Below, one piece after another: positions 1-9,522 of a stretch of 64,000 nt of DNA. Within the stretch, counting starts at the first letter, position 1, and each line of letters starts with the position of its first letter. The notes beneath the pieces were generated by a model. It was not told where the DNA came from. It was given only the letters and a program-made list of their open reading frames with translations, and did no database searches. Where the stretch lies: the NCBI GenBank assembly GCA_049966275.1, contig JBMFUY010000001.1, positions 4,780 through 68,779 on the forward strand. Reading direction: 5' to 3'. The position numbers and the translations under genes were made by a program. The stretch comes from a bacterium (GTDB taxonomy: Bacteria; JAMCPX01).

Positions 1-480
1 AATACTATTTCAGACCCAGAGCTTGCAAATATGCTTGATATACTCCTTTATCTACCGGATGATCTGCTGGTGAAAGCGGATAGAACAACCATGTTTGCAT
101 CCATTGAAGCACGTGTTCCTTTGCTTGATAATAGACTCATTGATTTCAGTATGTCATTGCCATTCAATTATAAGATAAGGGGATTTACGCAGAAGTATAT
201 AGTTAAAGCATTAATGAAAGATAGATTGCCTGATGTTATTATAAATAGAAAGAAAAAGGGCTTTGGCATACCTGTTGCAAGATGGTTGAGAAAAGAATTT
301 AGATATAAATCTGAATTGATCTTATCAAAGGATGCAATAGAGCCTGCTGGTTTATTTAACTATGAGTATGTTCATAGGCTATTGAAAGAGCACGTTACAG
401 GTATGCATGATCATAGGAAAAAGATATGGTCTTTACTTGTGTTTGTGGGCTGGTTACAGAAAAACAATCTAAAGGTATAG
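1..480 (+). CDS. asnB: Asparagine synthetase (glutamine-hydrolysing), C-terminal fragment. The reading frame is open from base 1, so the gene starts upstream of the window.
   Basis: In-frame translation from nt 1 (NTISDPELANMLDILLYLPDDLLVKADRTTMFASIEARVPLLD...) matches the conserved AsnB C-terminal synthetase region. The ORF track begins at an internal Met at nt 31. Confidence 0.8.
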   Translation, partial: NTISDPELANMLDILLYLPDDLLVKADRTTMFASIEARVPLLDNRLIDFSMSLPFNYKIRGFTQKYIVKALMKDRLPDVIINRKKKGFGIPVARWLRKEFRYKSELILSKDAIEPAGLFNYEYVHRLLKEHVTGMHDHRKKIWSLLVFVGWLQKNNLKV

Positions 481-488
481 ATGAAAAT

Positions 489-517
489 GGGGACAGAGTT
501 CTGTCCCCATTTTCTTT
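489..517. terminator. Bidirectional rho-independent terminator between the convergent asnB and aminotransferase genes
   Basis: GGGGACAG-agtt-CTGTCCCC hairpin followed by ATTTTCTTT; an A-run lies on the other side. Confidence 0.65.
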
Positions 518-535
518 CGCATGTCAGGATTAGAT

Positions 536-1723
536 CTATTCTAACTTTGCTACAGCCTGCTCTATTCTTTCAAGTCCTTTCTTTATAGTTTCAAGTGAAG
601 TGGCATAGGAAAGCCTTATGTTATCCTTTGCACCAAAAGGTGCTCCTGGAACAACTGCTACCTTTGCCTCCTCAAGCAAGAAATCTGCTAAATCAAAAGA
701 GTCTTTTATTACCTTTCCATTAAATTTTTTACCATAAAGTTGACTCACATTTGGAAAGGCATAAAACGCCCCTTTAGGCGTGATGCAGGTAATACCCTTG
801 ATCCTGTTGAGTCCTTCAACAATAAATTTTCTTCTTTTATCAAATTCTGCAACCATTTTAGCTACAGAATCCTGTGGACCTCTTAATGCCTCAACGCTTG
901 CCTTCATAGCTATGGATGTAGGGTTAGATGTGCTCTGGCTTTGGATATTCTTCATCGCACCTATTATCTCTTTGGGACCAGCAGTAAAACCAATCCTCCA
1001 TCCGGTCATTGCGTATGTTTTTGATACACCATGAACGATAAGTGTTCTTTCTTTCATACCATCTGCCTGCGCGATTGTGAAGAATTGTTCACCATCATAG
1101 ATAAGTTTTTCATAAATATCGTCTGTAACTACAAAGATCTTGTGTTTCTTTACGACCTCTGCAATCTCTTCAAGTATCTGTCTTGGATATACTGCACCTG
1201 AGGGGTTACCCGGACTGTTTATAAGTAGTATCTTTGTCTTTTTTGTGATAGCCTTTTCTACTGCCTCTGGTTTTAATGCAAAATTGTCCTTTTCTTTTGT
1301 TTTTACAAATACAGATTTTGCACCTGCAACACCGAACATCTCAGGATATGATACCCAGTATGGAGTTGGTATGATAACCTCGTCACCAGGGTCTATCATT
1401 GCCAGAGCAATATTGAACAGGGCATGTTTTGCTCCCACTGATACTATTATCTCGTTCCTTGAATACTCAAGATTATTATCCCGCTTGAATTTCTCAATGA
1501 TAGCATCTTTCAGTTCCGGTATTCCATCGACAGGCATGTACTTTGTAAAACCTTTATTTATTGCATCAATAGCAGCCTGTTTGATATTTTCTGGTGTATC
1601 AAAATCTGGTTCACCAGCTCCAAAGCTTACAATATCAATACCCTTTGCCTTTAATTCCTTTGCCTTGGTATCAATTGCCAGCGTAGCTGACGGTTTGATA
1701 GCTTTAGCCCTTTTAGATAACAT
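536..1723 (-). CDS. Aspartate/aromatic aminotransferase, PLP-dependent class I
   Basis: 395 aa; MLSKRAKAIKPSATLAIDTKAKELKAKGIDIVSFGAGEPDFDTPENIKQAA... is a typical AspAT N-terminus and aminotransferase class-I architecture. Confidence 0.88.
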   Translation of the reverse strand: MLSKRAKAIKPSATLAIDTKAKELKAKGIDIVSFGAGEPDFDTPENIKQAAIDAINKGFTKYMPVDGIPELKDAIIEKFKRDNNLEYSRNEIIVSVGAKHALFNIALAMIDPGDEVIIPTPYWVSYPEMFGVAGAKSVFVKTKEKDNFALKPEAVEKAITKKTKILLINSPGNPSGAVYPRQILEEIAEVVKKHKIFVVTDDIYEKLIYDGEQFFTIAQADGMKERTLIVHGVSKTYAMTGWRIGFTAGPKEIIGAMKNIQSQSTSNPTSIAMKASVEALRGPQDSVAKMVAEFDKRRKFIVEGLNRIKGITCITPKGAFYAFPNVSQLYGKKFNGKVIKDSFDLADFLLEEAKVAVVPGAPFGAKDNIRLSYATSLETIKKGLERIEQAVAKLE

Positions 1724-1768
1724 ATGAGTCTCCTTTTATATTGGTTATTTTTTGTTTACTTAAAGACG

Positions 1769-2281
1769 TTATTCCCATGATACTATATCTGTTTTCCTCT
1801 CCCTTAATCTCTCGTTAAATTGTTTTATCACCACATCTGGAACAAGCTCTTTCACAGAACCACCAAGTGATAGTATTTCTTTTATTATGGTTGAACTCAG
1901 GAATGAGTATTTTCCCTCTGTCATCATAAATACTGTTTCAAGTTTGTTGTACATTTTTTTGTTTGCTAATGACATTTGAAGTTCAAATTCAAAGTCTGCA
2001 ACTGTTCTTAGACCCCTTAACACAACCTCTACATTCTTTGATTTTACATAATCCACAAGTAATCCTTTAAATGGTTCAACTAACACCCTTTTTTCATTTT
2101 TAAATATCTCTTTTACAATATTTACCCGTTCATCTATAGAAAAGAATGACCGCTTTCCGGATTGATTATAGGAGATTGCCACAATAATTTTATCAAACAG
2201 TTTTAGTCCTCTTTCTATTATATTTATATGCCCATAAGTAATAGGGTCAAAAGAGCCAGGATAAACAGCAGTTTTAGCCAT
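1769..2281 (-). CDS. coaD: Phosphopantetheine adenylyltransferase
   Basis: 170 aa; MAKTAVYPGSFDPITYGHINIIERG carries the (T/H)xGH nucleotidyltransferase motif. Conserved rsmD-coaD gene pair. Confidence 0.92.
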   Translation of the reverse strand: MAKTAVYPGSFDPITYGHINIIERGLKLFDKIIVAISYNQSGKRSFFSIDERVNIVKEIFKNEKRVLVEPFKGLLVDYVKSKNVEVVLRGLRTVADFEFELQMSLANKKMYNKLETVFMMTEGKYSFLSSTIIKEILSLGGSVKELVPDVVIKQFNERLRERKTDIVSWE

Positions 2282-2282
2282 T

Positions 2283-2837
2283 TTAAAGCCTCCTCAAAAC
2301 TGTAAGATTGGTATCACCATAATTGTATACCTTTACAATAATATCAGGAAACAATCCATGGAAAAGGTTTTCTGGAGCTTTATTATGTTCAATACCTATA
2401 ATAAACCTATTGTTCATAATATCGTAATGTATCATATTCTTTAATACGTGTGTATACGCTGTTATGTTTCCATACGGTGGATCAATATATGCTATATCAA
2501 ATTTTATATTCTTAAGCCTTATATGCTCTAATGCTCTCATAATATCCATCCTTACTATTACATATAGATTGCTATCAATGAATGCAAGGTTTTTTGATAA
2601 TAATGTTGCTGAAACCTTCGAATGATCTACAAAATAAACCTTACTTGCTCCACGACTCAATGCCTCTATACCCATTGCTCCGGTGCCAGCGTATAGGTCA
2701 AGAAAATATGCGCCTTCAATATCACCATTGATAATATCGAAAAAAGCCTCTCTTACCTTTGCCAGGGTGGGTCTTATGGATTTGCTGCGTGGTCCTTTGA
2801 TCTCTCTTCCTTTGTATATCCCGCCTATTATCTTCAT
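2283..2837 (-). CDS. rsmD: 16S rRNA (guanine966-N2)-methyltransferase
   Basis: 184 aa; LDLYAGTGAMGIEALSRGA SAM-binding motif and DPPY motif. Sits immediately upstream of coaD. Confidence 0.88.
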   Translation of the reverse strand: MKIIGGIYKGREIKGPRSKSIRPTLAKVREAFFDIINGDIEGAYFLDLYAGTGAMGIEALSRGASKVYFVDHSKVSATLLSKNLAFIDSNLYVIVRMDIMRALEHIRLKNIKFDIAYIDPPYGNITAYTHVLKNMIHYDIMNNRFIIGIEHNKAPENLFHGLFPDIIVKVYNYGDTNLTVLRRL

Positions 2838-2846
2838 ATCACAATG

Positions 2847-2877
2847 AAAAGGCGGGCTGAAAGCCCGCCTTTTCTCA
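2847..2877. terminator. Rho-independent terminator downstream of htrA
   Basis: GGCGGGCT-gaa-AGCCCGCC hairpin flanked by A-run and T-run (aaaaGGCGGGCTgaaAGCCCGCCttttc). Confidence 0.7.
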
Positions 2878-2911
2878 TTATAATTCTAATGTGGAAATAC
2901 AAACGCATAAC

Positions 2912-4441
2912 TTATTGTGCTGTCATTGCAACGTATATATTCGCATTACCTCTTGATATAAGTAGTGAGACCATTTCACCACTTTTTACAGAAGCAAGTA
3001 TTTTACCATACTCCTCTACGTTATTTACATCCTGTTGATTAACCTGCTTAATAACATCGCCCTTTTCAATACCAGCCATATCAGCCGGACTTCCTTCAGC
3101 AATATTTGTAACAACCACCCCTTTATTTGTCTGGATATTATATTCTTTTTGAATATCCGGGGTGATATTACTTACGGTTATACCAAGTTTTTTCTCACTT
3201 ATATTCTCTTCCTTCTGTGGTGTAACCATAGAAGCAATCTGCGTATTAGATGGGAGCTCACCCACTATCACCGGGATCGTCTTTTCTTTCCCGTGCCTTA
3301 AAATCACCACATTTACCTTTTTACCAATGGGTGTATTTGATACGATCCATGGCAGATCATCAGCACTTTTGACATCCTTACCATCGAATTTGATTATGAC
3401 ATCACCCTCTTTTATCCCAGCCTTATCAGCAGGTCCACCTTTTATTACCTTGGTTACAACAGCGCCTTTCTGATCACGTTTTAAGTGAAATGATTCAGCA
3501 AGATCAGGGGTAATATTTTGTATGTAAACACCAAGCCAGCCTCTTATAACCTTACCATGTTCAAGTAACTGAGGAATAATGGTCTTTGCTACATTAATGG
3601 GGATTGCAAATCCTATACCCTGACCTATGCTTGGTGCTATTATGGCTGTGCTTATACCAATTACCTCACCGTTGAGGTTAAATACCGGTCCGCCGCTGTT
3701 GCCCCTATTTATAGCAGCATCTGTTTGCAAGAACTGATCGTAATTACTTGAGCTCAATCTTCTTCCCTTGGCGCTTATTATTCCTGCTGTTACTGTATGA
3801 TCTAATCCAAATGGATTACCAATTACAACTACCCAATCACCTACGTGGACCTTTGATGAGTCACCAAGATACGCTACATCAAGTGGCCTTTTGGGTGTTA
3901 TTTTTAAGAGGGCTAAATCTGTTTGTGGATCCGCGCCCACGATCTTGGCAGTGTATTGATCACCGTTATCTGTTATTACCCTTATGTCTGTCATGCCTTC
4001 AATAACATGGTTGTTTGTGAGTATATAGCCATCCTTGTTTATTATAAACCCGGATCCAAGTGCATGTTCTTTGTATTCCTGAGGACCCAATGGACCCATA
4101 AATTGTTCAAAAAAGTGTGGCCCAAAGAATTGTTTGAACTGTTCGCTCATAGGACCAAAGGGCTCCATCTGTGGATTCGTTTTTACAATCTTTGTGGTTG
4201 ATATATTAACAACAGCGCCCTTTACCTTATCCACAAGTGGGGCAAATGACGCTGGAACGCATGCCTCTGAAGAATTTGATGGCTGAGTCTCATTTACAAC
4301 TGGTTTTTCACTCCATATGTGTGTTTCTGTTGCCTTTGAAGTTGTAGTTATATTCATCCTTGCAGCAAGTATCAAACCAGCGACTACAGATGCTGCTACA
4401 AGGATCCCTAACCCCAATATTGTGTATCCCTTTTTCTTCAT
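2912..4441 (-). CDS. htrA: Periplasmic serine endoprotease DegP/HtrA family with two PDZ domains
   Basis: 509 aa; N-terminal signal/TM segment, trypsin-like core with GNSGGP motif (INRGNSGGPVFNLNGEVIGI), two C-terminal PDZ-like segments. Confidence 0.92.
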   Translation of the reverse strand: MKKKGYTILGLGILVAASVVAGLILAARMNITTTSKATETHIWSEKPVVNETQPSNSSEACVPASFAPLVDKVKGAVVNISTTKIVKTNPQMEPFGPMSEQFKQFFGPHFFEQFMGPLGPQEYKEHALGSGFIINKDGYILTNNHVIEGMTDIRVITDNGDQYTAKIVGADPQTDLALLKITPKRPLDVAYLGDSSKVHVGDWVVVIGNPFGLDHTVTAGIISAKGRRLSSSNYDQFLQTDAAINRGNSGGPVFNLNGEVIGISTAIIAPSIGQGIGFAIPINVAKTIIPQLLEHGKVIRGWLGVYIQNITPDLAESFHLKRDQKGAVVTKVIKGGPADKAGIKEGDVIIKFDGKDVKSADDLPWIVSNTPIGKKVNVVILRHGKEKTIPVIVGELPSNTQIASMVTPQKEENISEKKLGITVSNITPDIQKEYNIQTNKGVVVTNIAEGSPADMAGIEKGDVIKQVNQQDVNNVEEYGKILASVKSGEMVSLLISRGNANIYVAMTAQ

Positions 4442-4450
4442 TTAATCCTC

Positions 4451-4885
4451 CTATTTTTTGCTTTCTGACATAAGAACGTATCTCATTCTTAAATCAAACA
4501 GTACATTATCAAGCATCATGGATTCCTCATTGTTCAGATTACCCGCTGTTTTTTCTTTAAGAATTTCAAGTATATCAATTGTTTGCTTTGCAGCATTTAG
4601 ATCCTTTTTAATAACATTTGTTTGTGGGTCTGCAATTGCTCCAAGTTGTATTAACGTTGTGCCTGCAAGAGAATTTATAAGGTCAATAAAGGTTATTTTA
4701 TAATTGGGATTTTGTATACTATCCTCTGTAGAGGTATTTATTTCTGAGTCGTAACCTGTAGTGTCATTGGAGGTTTCCTTTTTGTTTTGTTCTTCGGATA
4801 TGCTGGTATTTTCTTCAATATTATCATCGCTCATTTTAAATCGCCTTTTATCATTTATCTTAATATCATCATTACTGTCAGTCAT
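4451..4885 (-). CDS. Small acidic hypothetical protein (DUF1844-like)
   Basis: 144 aa, very acidic/Ser-Thr-rich N-terminus and conserved C-terminal half. Family assignment is from memory only. Confidence 0.55.
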   Translation of the reverse strand: MTDSNDDIKINDKRRFKMSDDNIEENTSISEEQNKKETSNDTTGYDSEINTSTEDSIQNPNYKITFIDLINSLAGTTLIQLGAIADPQTNVIKKDLNAAKQTIDILEILKEKTAGNLNNEESMMLDNVLFDLRMRYVLMSESKK

Positions 4886-4905
4886 ATAATCTCACCCCCT
4901 TAATA

Positions 4906-6213
4906 TTATTTGTATATGCTCTTTATTGATTTTTCAAGGGCATTTACATCATTGGTATTTAATACTGCTAACCTTGGGTCTATAGAGGTTTTTGCATAAA
5001 CTGGTGTTTTGTTCAAATCACTCAAAGATATTGTTGTGGTTGTTGGTGGAACCGTCCCGGTAATAGTGAATGTATAAGCAGGGGTCTTTAATGGAGATAC
5101 ATTGTAAATAAATTTTTCAGCCTTAATGGATGTCAAAGTGTTAAGTAGATCATTTATATCACTGACAGCTGTGAATGGAGCCCCATTTTTTGACCATTGA
5201 TTGTAAGATTTTTTGGACAGTAGCACTGATCTACCATCATGATTTATTTCTATATTTGATATTGCAAAACTATCCTCTGTTAGCAATCTCCTGTCTATCA
5301 TATCTGTAATGGGTTTATCAAACACCTCAAGCAGGGATTTATTTATCACATAAACTGGATTCTTACCTGAGACAACAGCATAAACACTATTCTGATCCGC
5401 TGATTTACCTATTTTTATAGTATAATGTTTATTGTTCATAAGTAGTATGCTAATAACTTCTGATGGTTTTTCAAGCCCTAAGCTGTTTAGATCAGTAACA
5501 TTGTCAAGTATATTACTTGCATCTAAATTTGTTAATCTAAACGCAAGATCATTAAGTATAGAAGTCTTCAATCTATTGTAAGCGGGTTTTGTAAAGATCC
5601 AGATATCCTTTTCCTTTTCAAGGGTATAAACAGGCTTTGAGTCTTTTGTGAATGATATTGCGAGTAAATCACTCTGTGAGATATTTAAAGGCTTTTTATC
5701 CCTTAATTTGAACAAATTCGCATCAAGCTGTGTCTCAAGCCAGTTATTTATGGTGAATATACCATGGATTCCATTATCTGCTATTGCATAATAATACGCT
5801 CCTATGGGAGTAGGGTTGCCTATCTTAATGGTGTATGATCTGTTATCAGATGAAATTACAGTTGCAGTGATACTTGCAGGACTCAGGCCAAAAGCTGTTA
5901 AATCTCCATTGCCTATCTTTTTTTCATAATTAAGGGTGGCTATAGAACTTACCATGGTATTAACAGTGGAAACATCTGCATCTGTGTTTACAGGTGATGT
6001 TATTATCCATCCATTCGGGGAAGATTTAACTAAAGTAAAATCTCCATTCCTGTTGGTTATAGTTATGCTTTTTATACCTTCTGTATTTATCTGAAAAACC
6101 CTTTTATCCTGTATCTTTTTCTCTGCATTATGATGTGGATTTATAATAAAAACAACAGCCACTATGGCAATCGCGAGAATGATTGTAAGATACACAGTTA
6201 GTTTTATGTTCAT
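4906..6213 (-). CDS. Membrane-anchored DUF4340-like protein, the usual partner of Gldg-type ABC systems
   Basis: 435 aa, single N-terminal TM helix (LTVYLTIILAIAIVAVVFI), and directly downstream of the gldG-like gene. Confidence 0.6.
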   Translation of the reverse strand: MNIKLTVYLTIILAIAIVAVVFIINPHHNAEKKIQDKRVFQINTEGIKSITITNRNGDFTLVKSSPNGWIITSPVNTDADVSTVNTMVSSIATLNYEKKIGNGDLTAFGLSPASITATVISSDNRSYTIKIGNPTPIGAYYYAIADNGIHGIFTINNWLETQLDANLFKLRDKKPLNISQSDLLAISFTKDSKPVYTLEKEKDIWIFTKPAYNRLKTSILNDLAFRLTNLDASNILDNVTDLNSLGLEKPSEVISILLMNNKHYTIKIGKSADQNSVYAVVSGKNPVYVINKSLLEVFDKPITDMIDRRLLTEDSFAISNIEINHDGRSVLLSKKSYNQWSKNGAPFTAVSDINDLLNTLTSIKAEKFIYNVSPLKTPAYTFTITGTVPPTTTTISLSDLNKTPVYAKTSIDPRLAVLNTNDVNALEKSIKSIYK

Positions 6214-6229
6214 CTTCCCTCCTGTATAA

Positions 6230-7750
6230 TTATAGCCTTTTCATCCTGAGGTATGCAAGTATACCACCAAAGAAGAGTATTAAGGGTATTAACACCACAG
6301 TAAGGTAAAAGATTATATTGCCCTGTTTTGCTGTAAGAAACATTGGTTGATTGTTTAGATTGGGTTTTGGCCTTATTGTTATAAGGTTCTCTTCCTTCAC
6401 AAGCCAGCTCACTGTATTCATAACAAAATCCCTGTTGAAAAGGGCATTTAAGTATTTGTTCGTAGCTATTTTAGATGTCCCGAATACAGCGATCCTCGCA
6501 ATCCTGTCACCAGATTTTATAGTGCCAGCCACAGCAACGCTCACCGGGCCCTTTATGGATGTTGGTCCAAACTTAGCTATACCCTTTTCAAAGAGGTCTT
6601 TTAGATCCGTATCAGCCCAGCTTGTTTTACTTGTCATTGCAATAGGTACAATATTAATATTTGCATTGTGCTCTTTTGCGACCTCAACTGTTCTCACAAG
6701 CGGGAATACAGTTGTGCCCTTGAAATCTTTTGTGATATCGCTTGTATTACTGTAATTGGTCACTATGGGTTCAACACCAAGGGTTGGTCCTTGAAACAGC
6801 CTTACAACCTCATCAAGTACAACATTATTACCTACTTTTATTCCATAGCTGGAAAGCAGTTGTTCTAATCCTGAATCTGTTCTTGGGTCTATCATCAATA
6901 ATAAATATCCTCCATCCTGTATATATGTCTTTAAGGCATCTATTTCAGATGGTAAAAATGGCTTGGTAGCTCCTGCATCCACAACCATTGTGCACGATGA
7001 TGGTATTGAGCCCACTGAAGGCAAAAGGATCTCATCAACCTTATAATCCTGATCAAGTAATGCCTGTTTAAAATCACCAAAACCATCAACCCCGGTTGTA
7101 TCTGATAATGCTCTCTCTCCGTTGCCGGTTAAATAGCACACATTTATCACGCGTTTTCGTAATATTTTTATTATGGCATTGGTAATACCATTTTCATTGG
7201 CTTGTTCTGTTTTTATTGTTTTGCCTTCATACTGAATAACAATAGTACCATTTGTATTGATACCAAAATCTTTTGCTATTGTAGGCTCTTTGTCTGGATC
7301 AATAACTGTATAGTGTACATTCCTGTTAACATACGCATACTCTGAAAGCAGATCCCTTATGTTGCCACCTGTTCCTTCCTGAAAGAAGGCGGTTATCTTT
7401 AGTTCGTGTTTCAGCTGTTTTAACACATTATCTGTTTCTTTTGAAAGGGTGAATTGTTTGTTAGATGTAAGATCCCATCTGTGATAGTACTCATTTGATA
7501 CATAGTTAATTATGGTTATAAGCCCGAGTACAACAAGCACAAGTATTATAAAATTGAAGCTATAAAAAAGCCTCTTCAACCACGAGCCTTCCTTAAATCT
7601 ATGCCTGTTGATCACCCCCCATAGTATAACAAGTAAAATCCCAATTGCTGCTATTGATATTCCCAAAACGTTCCATGTGGTTGTGATTAAACGTATTAAC
7701 AATCCAACAATTATTAATAGTGTACCTATGATCCCAATGGCTGTTTTCAT
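6230..7750 (-). CDS. ABC-transport-system auxiliary component, GldG-like (Gldg family)
   Basis: 506 aa with N- and C-terminal TM helices and a large periplasmic domain; in operon with an ABC-2 permease and ATPase. Confidence 0.75.
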   Translation of the reverse strand: MKTAIGIIGTLLIIVGLLIRLITTTWNVLGISIAAIGILLVILWGVINRHRFKEGSWLKRLFYSFNFIILVLVVLGLITIINYVSNEYYHRWDLTSNKQFTLSKETDNVLKQLKHELKITAFFQEGTGGNIRDLLSEYAYVNRNVHYTVIDPDKEPTIAKDFGINTNGTIVIQYEGKTIKTEQANENGITNAIIKILRKRVINVCYLTGNGERALSDTTGVDGFGDFKQALLDQDYKVDEILLPSVGSIPSSCTMVVDAGATKPFLPSEIDALKTYIQDGGYLLLMIDPRTDSGLEQLLSSYGIKVGNNVVLDEVVRLFQGPTLGVEPIVTNYSNTSDITKDFKGTTVFPLVRTVEVAKEHNANINIVPIAMTSKTSWADTDLKDLFEKGIAKFGPTSIKGPVSVAVAGTIKSGDRIARIAVFGTSKIATNKYLNALFNRDFVMNTVSWLVKEENLITIRPKPNLNNQPMFLTAKQGNIIFYLTVVLIPLILFFGGILAYLRMKRL

Positions 7751-7753
7751 AAC

Positions 7754-8530
7754 CTACCTCCATCTTTCTGATTCTAAAACCCTATGCGTTAGAAACAGGA
7801 AAAAGAAAACAAAGCTGATGTAATAGACTATGTCTCTTGTATCTATAAGACCTTTTAGCAGATCCTGAAAGTGCATATCTATAAGTGATATGTAATTTAA
7901 AACTGATGAGAGTGCAGGGCTTGTTCCATGTGATACCCAGCCAATAGCCCAGAATAAAAGCAAAATGCCAAATGTAATGACTGCTGCGACTATCTGGTTC
8001 TCTGTGATGCTTGAGGCAAACATGCCAATTGCTATCATGGAAGCCCCAAGTAGAAACATACCAATGTACGTTGTTATAAATATTCCCCTGTCTGCTGAAG
8101 TATATGAACTTAAAATGATGGGAACCGATAGTGTGAGTAAAAGCATGGCAGAAAAGACAATACACGCGGATATGAACTTACCCAGAACGATGTCTGTCAG
8201 TGTAATTGGAGATGTCATGATCAGCTCCTTTGTTCCATTCCTTTTTTCTTCTGCAAAAGATTTCATGGTAATAATAGGTATAAGTAAAAGTAATACAACC
8301 CCAAGGTTTGCATATAAGGGTTGTATGATGAAATTACCTATGTTCAGTGATTGAATGTATCCCTGATACCTCATAAACTGTAAACTCAGGAAAGTGTAAA
8401 GTTGTACCCTTACATAAAAGAAATAGCCTGTTAACAATGAGAATATAGCAAGTATAACATAGGCTATCGGTGATGTGAAATAAGATGTGAGTTCCCGCTT
8501 CACCACTGCCCATATTTTTCTTAAACTCAT
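7754..8530 (-). CDS. ABC-2 family permease (GldF-like)
   Basis: 258 aa polytopic membrane protein; 4-bp overlap with the ATPase gene. Confidence 0.78.
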   Translation of the reverse strand: MSLRKIWAVVKRELTSYFTSPIAYVILAIFSLLTGYFFYVRVQLYTFLSLQFMRYQGYIQSLNIGNFIIQPLYANLGVVLLLLIPIITMKSFAEEKRNGTKELIMTSPITLTDIVLGKFISACIVFSAMLLLTLSVPIILSSYTSADRGIFITTYIGMFLLGASMIAIGMFASSITENQIVAAVITFGILLLFWAIGWVSHGTSPALSSVLNYISLIDMHFQDLLKGLIDTRDIVYYISFVFFFLFLTHRVLESERWR

Positions 8531-9459
8531 TGTATACCTCCTCTATCCTGTGAGATCAACCTTATGTACTCTTCCTCTAAGTTAATAGTTTTTTGAGAGA
8601 ATTCTATAATCCCATACCCTGCCTTAAATACCTTTTCTGTTATAGATTCAGGAGCATTGAAGTCGCTGTTTACCTTTATTGTAAAGGTCTCGTTTTCTTT
8701 GTTGATGTCTTTGACACCTTGTATGGTTTTTAATAGTTGTGGGATGTTATCATCTGGTCTGGTAACAATAAGTTTGTAGGATTTATCCCCCTGGATATTA
8801 CCAAACGACAATTCATAGTTGCCATTTGTAAGTAACCTTCCATCATTGATGATGATCACCCTGTTACATGTTACTGTAACCTCAGGGAGTATATGTGTGC
8901 TGAGTATGATCGTGTGATCTTTACCAAGTTCTTTTATCAGGTTTCGTATCTCTATAATTTGTTCTGGATCAAGCCCAACTGTTGGTTCGTCAAGTATCAA
9001 TATTGGGGGATCAGTTAATAGTGCCTGAGCAATTCCAACCCTTTGTTTGTAACCCCTTGATAGATTTCCTATGATCCTGTTGCTTACCCTGGTAAGACTT
9101 GTCTGGACGAGGACCCTGTCAATTGCAGAGTTTAATTTGTCCCCATATAGCCCCTTTATACCAGCCATAAATTGTAGATAATTAATAACAGTCATTTCAG
9201 GGTATGCCGGGGCAAGTTCTGGAAGATATCCAATTGCAGCCTTTACATTAAGCGGGTTCTTTTTGATATCAAAGCCGTTAACTATAACATCCCCCTGTGT
9301 TGGTGAAAGGTATCCTGTTATAATCCTCATGGTAGTTGTTTTACCAGCTCCATTGGGACCTAAAAAGCCAAGGACCTCACCTTTCTCTACCTTAAACGAA
9401 ACATCGTTTAATACTGTTCGCTCCCCGTATTTTTTTATAATGTGCTTTAGTTCGATCAT
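8527..9459 (-). CDS. ABC transporter ATP-binding protein (GldA-like)
   Basis: Walker A GPNGAGKTTT, signature LSRGYKQRVGIAQAL, Walker B ILILDEPT. Confidence 0.9.
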   Translation of the reverse strand: MIELKHIIKKYGERTVLNDVSFKVEKGEVLGFLGPNGAGKTTTMRIITGYLSPTQGDVIVNGFDIKKNPLNVKAAIGYLPELAPAYPEMTVINYLQFMAGIKGLYGDKLNSAIDRVLVQTSLTRVSNRIIGNLSRGYKQRVGIAQALLTDPPILILDEPTVGLDPEQIIEIRNLIKELGKDHTIILSTHILPEVTVTCNRVIIINDGRLLTNGNYELSFGNIQGDKSYKLIVTRPDDNIPQLLKTIQGVKDINKENETFTIKVNSDFNAPESITEKVFKAGYGIIEFSQKTINLEEEYIRLISQDRGGIQ

Positions 9460-9522
9460 GAACTACCCCCCTTTTTAAAATAAAAAGATAAGAGTTATTG
9501 TGAATTTATAAAGGAAAAAGAT

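Noticed and set aside
780-1727. Plus-strand ORFs 780..1034 and 1140..1727 inside the aminotransferase gene. Other antisense ORFs of the same kind: 3035..3473, 6351..6969, 10106..11351, 20153..21322, 23032..23879.
   Set aside because: These are shadow ORFs on the opposite strand of well-supported genes. They have low-complexity or biased composition, no RBS and no recognisable domains.
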